NCBI GenBank assembly: GCA_001786765.1
Contig: MFTH01000015.1
Location: 1,548 to 65,547 of the forward strand
DNA: 64,000 nt
Source of the DNA: Candidatus Nomurabacteria bacterium RIFCSPHIGHO2_01_FULL_37_25
GTDB lineage: Bacteria; Patescibacteriota; Minisyncoccia; Phycocordibacterales; UBA9973
Direction: 5' to 3'
In this document: piece after piece, positions 57,917 through 64,000 of the stretch
Layout: each line of letters starts with the position of its first letter
Position numbering within the stretch: position 1 is the first letter of the stretch
Notes under the pieces: model-generated
Seen by the model: the letters and a program-made list of their open reading frames with translations, nothing else
Told to the model about the DNA's origin: nothing
The model's database searches: none
Translations under genes and position numbers: made by a program

Positions 57917-59626
57917 TTATTTGAAATATTCAGGAGTATTAATAGACATCCAATCCAGCAATTGACGCATTATAGATGAAGCGCTAGCCCCACCTGAGGG
58001 TCCGGATTCCATTAATATTGTAAAAGCGTATTTTGGATTTTCATACGGAAAAAAACCTATCACCCAGGAGTTCACTCTCTTTCTGGCGACTCCAAGTTCA
58101 GCTGTGCCTGTTTTAGCAGCAACCTTTACATAAGGCACATTAAGAGCTACCGCAGTGCCATAAGTGACTGCTTGTCGCATACCATCATGCACTATGTCAA
58201 AATATTCTTTTTTTATATTTTCAATTTGATTTTTCTCTTCCATTTTTTTATCACCTAAAATAAAATGCGGGGTAACGAGCGCGCCATAATTAGCGATTGC
58301 TGATACTGCTCTCACTATACCTATTGGAGTAACTTGAAACCCATACTGCCCAATAGAGGTATGATATGTATTCCCAATACGCCAAGGATCACCTGGAAAA
58401 TTTTTTATTTTCCATTCTGGACTTGGAATAACACCCTGCTTTTCACTCGATAAGTCAACTCCCGTCGCCTCTCCGATACCAAAAAGTTTGGCATATTTTT
58501 CAATATTCATAATCCCAAGACCTTTTTGGTCTCCAAAACCCCCTCCAATGCTATAAAAATACACGTCAGAAGAAACAGCTATGGCTTCCGTCATATTTGT
58601 CCAGCCATTTACTCTCCAATCTTTAAAAATAGTTTTCTGATCTGGAAAATAAGGATTCGGAATTGAAATAGAACCAGTTGAAAGAATTTCCTTGTATTGG
58701 TCAATCACACCTTCTGTCAAAGCGCCTAAGCTTAAAAATGGTTTTATAATCGAACCTGGAGTATAAAGCCCCGATATATTTCTATCTAAAAAAAACTTTC
58801 TTTTATCTGTTATATAATTATTAATTATATCTGCATCTTTACCTAAAGATAAAATCTCAGAATCATATTCCGGGAAACTGGTAGAAACTATAATCTCTCC
58901 ATTTTGAATATCCATTAATACCGCTCCCCCGCCTAAAAATCCACTGCGTTGTGATAAATCTTTAATCAAAGTAAATAACTCCATTTGAATTCGTGAATCA
59001 ATGGTTGTTGTTAAATCATTGCCAACCTTTGGAGTATTGATAATATTTTCAGAATGCACAATCCCTCTTGCGTCTGTTTCTATTATTTTTGAACCATTCT
59101 CACCGCTAATCTTTTCATTGTATTGTTTTTCTAATCCAGCTTTACCTATAAATTCGTTTTGCCAATAATTCCCTGAGCTATCTTTGGCTGGATAACTAAT
59201 ATAACCAAGAACATGAGAAAATCCGGGTGATAAATAAGAGCGTGTATATAAGCTAGATGGGTCATCATTTTTTTTATTCCAAACTAATTTTTCTTTATTT
59301 CTATCATAAATCATCCCTCTTTCGGCAAAAATATTTATTTTTTTAAGAATATTATTTTCACTTCTTTTTCTATAAGAATCTCCATTTTGTACTTGAAGAT
59401 TTATCAAACGAATACTAAATATAGATATTATCAATATAAAAAAAATACCGAGATAATTTATTGTTTTCTTAGAGATTGCTTTTTCTATTCTGCCTTCAAA
59501 CTGTTGCGTGTTAAAATTTTCTAAATTTTTTGAATCAAGAAAAATTTCATCCGGTTCCATAAAAGTATTTTTAATTTTATTTACCCCTCTATAATGGCGG
59601 TTTTTTGTAAATTTTTGAAAAATCAT
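57917..59626 (-). CDS. Class B penicillin-binding protein (PBP2/MrdA-like)
   Basis: RGMIYDRN, GLEKQY, PGSIIK (SxxK), SSD, KTGT. Confidence 0.9.
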   Translation of the reverse strand: MIFQKFTKNRHYRGVNKIKNTFMEPDEIFLDSKNLENFNTQQFEGRIEKAISKKTINYLGIFFILIISIFSIRLINLQVQNGDSYRKRSENNILKKINIFAERGMIYDRNKEKLVWNKKNDDPSSLYTRSYLSPGFSHVLGYISYPAKDSSGNYWQNEFIGKAGLEKQYNEKISGENGSKIIETDARGIVHSENIINTPKVGNDLTTTIDSRIQMELFTLIKDLSQRSGFLGGGAVLMDIQNGEIIVSTSFPEYDSEILSLGKDADIINNYITDKRKFFLDRNISGLYTPGSIIKPFLSLGALTEGVIDQYKEILSTGSISIPNPYFPDQKTIFKDWRVNGWTNMTEAIAVSSDVYFYSIGGGFGDQKGLGIMNIEKYAKLFGIGEATGVDLSSEKQGVIPSPEWKIKNFPGDPWRIGNTYHTSIGQYGFQVTPIGIVRAVSAIANYGALVTPHFILGDKKMEEKNQIENIKKEYFDIVHDGMRQAVTYGTAVALNVPYVKVAAKTGTAELGVARKRVNSWVIGFFPYENPKYAFTILMESGPSGGASASSIMRQLLDWMSINTPEYFK

Positions 59627-59631
59627 TTTCT

Positions 59632-59907
59632 TTATTTTGAGTGAAATCTTAATTTCTTTTTTAATAATTCTAAAATTATAAAACAGATAAGCATCAGACT
59701 TAGAGAAACAAAAACTATATTAAAAAGATATGATTCAGGCGCTCCATAAAGCAAATCTGACAGGAAAAATAAGAAAACAGCTTCTAGAAAAAATGAAAAA
59801 TATGCCATACTCGCAAATGCCAAAACGAGAGACAGCCAAAGAGGCATAAAAAGTATTGAGAAAAACAGAAAAATAGAAGCCAAAACTCTAAGTGTTACTT
59901 TTGACAT
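59632..59907 (-). CDS. Small multi-pass membrane protein, possibly MreD-like
   Basis: Hydrophobic, DLLYG, directly upstream of the PBP2-like gene. Confidence 0.5.
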   Translation of the reverse strand: MSKVTLRVLASIFLFFSILFMPLWLSLVLAFASMAYFSFFLEAVFLFFLSDLLYGAPESYLFNIVFVSLSLMLICFIILELLKKKLRFHSK

Positions 59908-59916
59908 GCTTTTATA

Positions 59917-61332
59917 TTACCTTGAAGCAAGCTTGGAAGCTAGACCAGTATAGTTCTCTGGAGTTATTTTCAACAATTCTTTTTTTATTTTATCACTGAC
60001 GGACAAATCATTTATAAATTTATGAATCTCCACAAGTGTCACCCTTTTACCCCGAGTTAATTCCTTTAATTTCTCATACGGCATAGCTACTTTCTCGCGT
60101 CGGAGAATAGTCTGGATAGCTTCAGTGATAACTTCTGGATGATTATCTAAATCTTGTTTTACGATATTTTCATCCACAGTAATTCCAGCTAATCCTTTTA
60201 ATAAATTTTTATAGGCCACCAAACAATGTCCAAAAGCGGACCCAAAGTTTCTCTCCACCGTAGAATCAGAAAGATCGCGCTGAAGTCTAGAGATTGGTAA
60301 TTTGCGAGCAAAAAACTCAAAAAGCGCGTTGGCTAAGCCTAGATTGCCTTCGCTATTCTCAAACTTAATCGGATTTATTTTATGAGGCATAGTTGAAGAA
60401 CCGACGGCATCCTTTATAAATTTTTGCGTAATCCATCCATCGCTAATATACCGCCAGATATCTTGATTGAAATCAATCAAGATAGTGTTAATTCTGCGTA
60501 AATTATCAAAGATTTCCACTTCACTATCATGAGGGTCGATTTGCGTTGCCGTAAGATTTAATTCAAGTTCTATATTCCTGTTTGTGTTTAATTTTTTAAT
60601 AAAATTTTTAGCAAAAAAAATCCAATCAATTTTTGGAAAAGCAACTATGTGAGCATTGAAGTTCCCTGAAGCGCCACTAAATTTAACAGAAATTTTCTGA
60701 CTCTTTAATTTAATAAGTTGTTTTTTTAGTCTTTCGCTAAAGACTTTGAATTCCTTGCCAAAAGTGGTCGGAGACGCAGGCTGACCGTGCGTGCGCGCGA
60801 GCATTGGCAACCCACTGTATTTTTTTGCAAAGTTATCTATTTTTTTTATGATATGTTCAATTTCGGGTACAATTATTTTTGTTAAAACATCACTTAGCAT
60901 CATACCCCTTGCCAGAGTGTTTGTGTCATAAGAAGTTAAAGCAAAATGTATCCATTCTGAAATATCTACTAAGCTCGTCTTAGACAACTTATATTTTATA
61001 TAATATTCTATTGCTTTTACATCGTGGTCGGTGGCCTTGAAATTTTTGTATCCTTTAATTTCTATATCAGAAATAATTTGCGCGTCTTTTTCTGATAAGT
61101 TGTACAAAGATCTAATTAAACTTTTTTCTTTGTCAGAAAATTTCTTAAGCAGTTTTATATCTGAAAGAGCTATAAGATATTCGCTTTCTACGATGATGCG
61201 ATACTTCATCAACGCCATTTCGCTAAAGTACATACTCAGAACTTCAGTATATTTCTTATAACGTCCGTCTATTGGTGAAATTGAGTTTAATGAATTTGCC
61301 ATGATTTTCTCTATTTTTGAATTACTATTCAT
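59917..61332 (-). CDS. purB: Adenylosuccinate lyase
   Basis: SPIDGRY, HDVKAIEY, RTHGQPA, GSSTMPHKINP. Confidence 0.96.
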   Translation of the reverse strand: MNSNSKIEKIMANSLNSISPIDGRYKKYTEVLSMYFSEMALMKYRIIVESEYLIALSDIKLLKKFSDKEKSLIRSLYNLSEKDAQIISDIEIKGYKNFKATDHDVKAIEYYIKYKLSKTSLVDISEWIHFALTSYDTNTLARGMMLSDVLTKIIVPEIEHIIKKIDNFAKKYSGLPMLARTHGQPASPTTFGKEFKVFSERLKKQLIKLKSQKISVKFSGASGNFNAHIVAFPKIDWIFFAKNFIKKLNTNRNIELELNLTATQIDPHDSEVEIFDNLRRINTILIDFNQDIWRYISDGWITQKFIKDAVGSSTMPHKINPIKFENSEGNLGLANALFEFFARKLPISRLQRDLSDSTVERNFGSAFGHCLVAYKNLLKGLAGITVDENIVKQDLDNHPEVITEAIQTILRREKVAMPYEKLKELTRGKRVTLVEIHKFINDLSVSDKIKKELLKITPENYTGLASKLASR

Positions 61333-62263
61333 TTAAATTATATTTTTTTAAATTATTTTCAATTCTTTTTTCAATATCTCCTATTTCTATTTTAAAAGGC
61401 TCTCCAGTAATTTGCTCGCAAATTCTGACATATCTGCTAGAAAGTTCCATTACCATATTAAATGGAGCTTCTGGGAGTTTTTCATTTTTATATGGATCGC
61501 AATTGTCCCTAAACCATAAACGCAGAAATTCTTTATCAAAATTTTCTGGTTCTAGTCCCTCGTCTATTCGCTTTTGATATGAGCTAGCTTGCCAATAACG
61601 GGAAGAGTCCGGAGTGTGAATCTCATCTATGAGCATAATTTCTCTTTCTGGTGTAAGTCCAAATTCATATTTAGTATCCACTAAAATTAATCCCCTTTTC
61701 AAAGCGACCTCTTGCCCTCTCTCAAAAAGTTTCAAAGCAATCTGGCAAACTTTTTGCCAAATTGCTGGTTCCATAAACTTTTCTTCTATCACCATTTTAC
61801 TAGTTAGATTTCTGTCATGCATTTCATGTTTTGTAGTTGGAGTGATGACAGGTTTATCTAATTTTTGATTTTTTTTCATTCCCTCGGGTAAAACAAAATC
61901 TCCAAAATCTCTCTGACCTTTTTGATAATTCACCCAAAGAGAAGTGGAAGTCACTCCAGTAATATACCCCCGCACCACCATCTCCACGGGAAGCACCGCG
62001 CATTTTTTACCCACCACCACATTCGGATCTGGAAAATCTATCACATGATTCGACACAATGTCGCGCGTTTGTTCAAACCAGAATTTACTAGTCTGTGTTA
62101 GAACTTGTCCCTTGTATGGTATCAACGCGAGATTGCGATCAAAAGCCGAATATCTATCAGTTGAAACCATAATTATCTTGTCTTTCTGTATATAGACATC
62201 CCTCACCTTGCCAGTATATTTTTCCCCGAGATTTTTAAAATTTGTTTTTTCTAGAATATTCAT
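61325..62263 (-). CDS. purC: SAICAR synthetase
   Basis: GKVRDVY, DRYSAFD, VEMVVRGY, DTKYEFG, DEIHTPDSSR. Confidence 0.96.
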   Translation of the reverse strand: MNILEKTNFKNLGEKYTGKVRDVYIQKDKIIMVSTDRYSAFDRNLALIPYKGQVLTQTSKFWFEQTRDIVSNHVIDFPDPNVVVGKKCAVLPVEMVVRGYITGVTSTSLWVNYQKGQRDFGDFVLPEGMKKNQKLDKPVITPTTKHEMHDRNLTSKMVIEEKFMEPAIWQKVCQIALKLFERGQEVALKRGLILVDTKYEFGLTPEREIMLIDEIHTPDSSRYWQASSYQKRIDEGLEPENFDKEFLRLWFRDNCDPYKNEKLPEAPFNMVMELSSRYVRICEQITGEPFKIEIGDIEKRIENNLKKYNLNE

Positions 62264-62284
62264 CTTATAAAAAATTAAAAATAA

Positions 62285-63406
62285 TTATTTTCCCGGCGGT
62301 GTAAGAATTATTTTTTCCGGTTCAAATATAACTTGCCGTTTACCTGCCTCTACAATACCGATATCCGCAAGAGTATACCCGCTATTTTTGCCTATTTTCA
62401 GTATTTTAGCAACTTCTTCTCTTGGCGCAAAAATATAATACCCTACTCCCCAATTAAAAGTTTTTAAACAATCTTCTATAGGAATGCCAATTTTTTTATG
62501 AAAATATTCCATAAGCGGCGGAACCGAAAGCCATGAATGAATTCTGTATGTGAATGGTCTTTTGTCAAAAGCTATTTTCCCCACACCATCGCCTGTGCCA
62601 GGCAGTAATGCATGAATCTTTATTTTGTTTTTTAATAATGACTCAACGAGCTTTACATATGAACGAGTAGGGATGAGGGCTTCTGCGCCAATAGTATTTC
62701 CATTTGCTAATTTTGTTAGAAATTGTTTTGGAAGTTCAAGAGATTTTTTAATAACTAAACTTATACCGTTTGCATGAAGCCCAGATGATGCTACGCCAAT
62801 AATATGGTCACCAACGGCTAAATCTTGTCCGGTAATTAAATTTTCTTTTGGCGCAACAAGACCGGTAACTGAACCACTCAAGCTGGCTATTTCCTTGACA
62901 GGACTTTTGGGATTAATTAAATATGTAACACTCGCGGACTCTCCAGCTGGCAATGCCATGCCTACTTCTTTACAGATTTTCAAAAATCCATTTGCAAAAT
63001 CTTTTGACCTTTTTTTATCTCCATACCAATCGCTTCGACTTGCTTCCAGTTGGTCAGTAAAAACTACCGGCATAGCGCCTTGAGCAATGACGTCGTTCAC
63101 CACAATGAGCGCAGTATCAATAGCGATAGAATCATAATAAGATTTACCGGTTTTCTGATACATCCATTCCGCAATCCAATTTTTATTACCGAGGTCTTCC
63201 TGAGTTTGGCACCAGATATGACTTTTTCCTCCGCGGTATTCAAATACTGCGCCATGCGCGTGTGTTGCGTCTTTATTAATGAACACGCCTCTTTTATTTG
63301 GAAACTTTAAAGTTTTTTTTCCCGCTGTGATCATTGCCATTTTGAATGGCTCCATAACAGTATAATCTACCCCCGCCTTTGCATACTCGCTTTTTTTATT
63401 GCTCAT
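62285..63406 (-). CDS. purM: AIR synthetase, divergent
   Basis: YAKAGVD, VNDVIAQGA, GESA, SSGLHANG, TFNWGVG; between purE and purC. Confidence 0.85.
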   Translation of the reverse strand: MSNKKSEYAKAGVDYTVMEPFKMAMITAGKKTLKFPNKRGVFINKDATHAHGAVFEYRGGKSHIWCQTQEDLGNKNWIAEWMYQKTGKSYYDSIAIDTALIVVNDVIAQGAMPVVFTDQLEASRSDWYGDKKRSKDFANGFLKICKEVGMALPAGESASVTYLINPKSPVKEIASLSGSVTGLVAPKENLITGQDLAVGDHIIGVASSGLHANGISLVIKKSLELPKQFLTKLANGNTIGAEALIPTRSYVKLVESLLKNKIKIHALLPGTGDGVGKIAFDKRPFTYRIHSWLSVPPLMEYFHKKIGIPIEDCLKTFNWGVGYYIFAPREEVAKILKIGKNSGYTLADIGIVEAGKRQVIFEPEKIILTPPGK

Positions 63407-63927
63407 TATTTATTTTCCAAGTATTTTTTAAATCCAATTTTTAGAAGTTTTTCTCCTTTAATTTTATTATCTTCTTCTAGCTTTTTTTTATAAATAATCA
63501 TTTTATTTTCTAAACTTTTGTCACTTATCGCAAGTATTTGCAGAGCTAAGATTCCAGCATTTTTCGCCGCATTTATTCCGACGGTTGCGACCGGCACTCC
63601 GGGAGGCATTCCCACAGTTGAGAGCAAGGAATCAAGTCCGTCTAAAGTTTTTGCTTTTGTTGGTACCCCAATAATAGGGAGAGTCGTGAGAGATGCTGCC
63701 ACCCCTGCCAAATGCGCCGCTCCGCCGGCGCCCGCTATAATAATTTTAATTCCTCTGTTTTTAGCATTAGTTACATATTTGCGCGCCAATTCTGAACTTC
63801 GATGCGCAGAAGCGACTGTCATTTCGTAAAATACGCCAAATTCCTCAAGTATTTTTGCCGCTTCAGACATTACTTCTAAATCTGAATCTGAACCCATAAT
63901 TATTCCAACTTTAATGTCTTTTTTCAT
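63406..63927 (-). CDS. purE: N5-CAIR mutase
   Basis: [30 protein letters not shown]. Confidence 0.97.
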   Translation of the reverse strand: MKKDIKVGIIMGSDSDLEVMSEAAKILEEFGVFYEMTVASAHRSSELARKYVTNAKNRGIKIIIAGAGGAAHLAGVAASLTTLPIIGVPTKAKTLDGLDSLLSTVGMPPGVPVATVGINAAKNAGILALQILAISDKSLENKMIIYKKKLEEDNKIKGEKLLKIGFKKYLENK

Positions 63928-64000
63928 TATTTTATCTTAGCATTATTTTGATATAAAACAATAACAAACTTTCAATCACGAAACTCTAAAAATATAACTT

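Overview
AT-rich bacterial chromosomal window. It is most consistent with Patescibacteria/CPR of the Parcubacteria type (inference from the FtsA-like/baseplate-J-like pair, two VirD4/HerA-like ATPases, a PaaX/Cas2-like regulator, short AlaRS, archaeal-type AspRS and mostly SD-less starts). TGA is used as stop. Housekeeping content: mnmA, alaS, infA-rpmJ-rpsM-rpsK-rpsD-rpoA-rplQ-rplM-rpsI, grpE/dnaK/dnaJ, cysS, rplU, recR, dnaB, trpS, aspS, pepN, scpAB, mraY-ftsW-murG-gltX, rpmA, rplI, S41 protease, a class B PBP and purE-M-C-B, plus a SipW/TasA-like fibre locus. Three unexplained systems stand out. (1) Two parallel amino-acid-sensing modules. One is a TrpR-like repressor with operators and an unannotated Trp-Trp leader-peptide attenuator. 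The other is a YerC/HisR-like repressor whose own His-His-His C-terminal tail appears to act as the attenuator leader. Neither precedes biosynthetic genes; both precede homologous orphan genes with Cys/His zinc-finger-like modules. (2) A hairpin element of about 120 bp found six times, always fused to a start codon (...CGGG-ATG). (3) Several families of short palindromic elements inserted in frame in conserved genes. No rRNA, tRNA, CRISPR array, transposase or reverse transcriptase was recognised. All calls come from reading the sequence; no searches were run.
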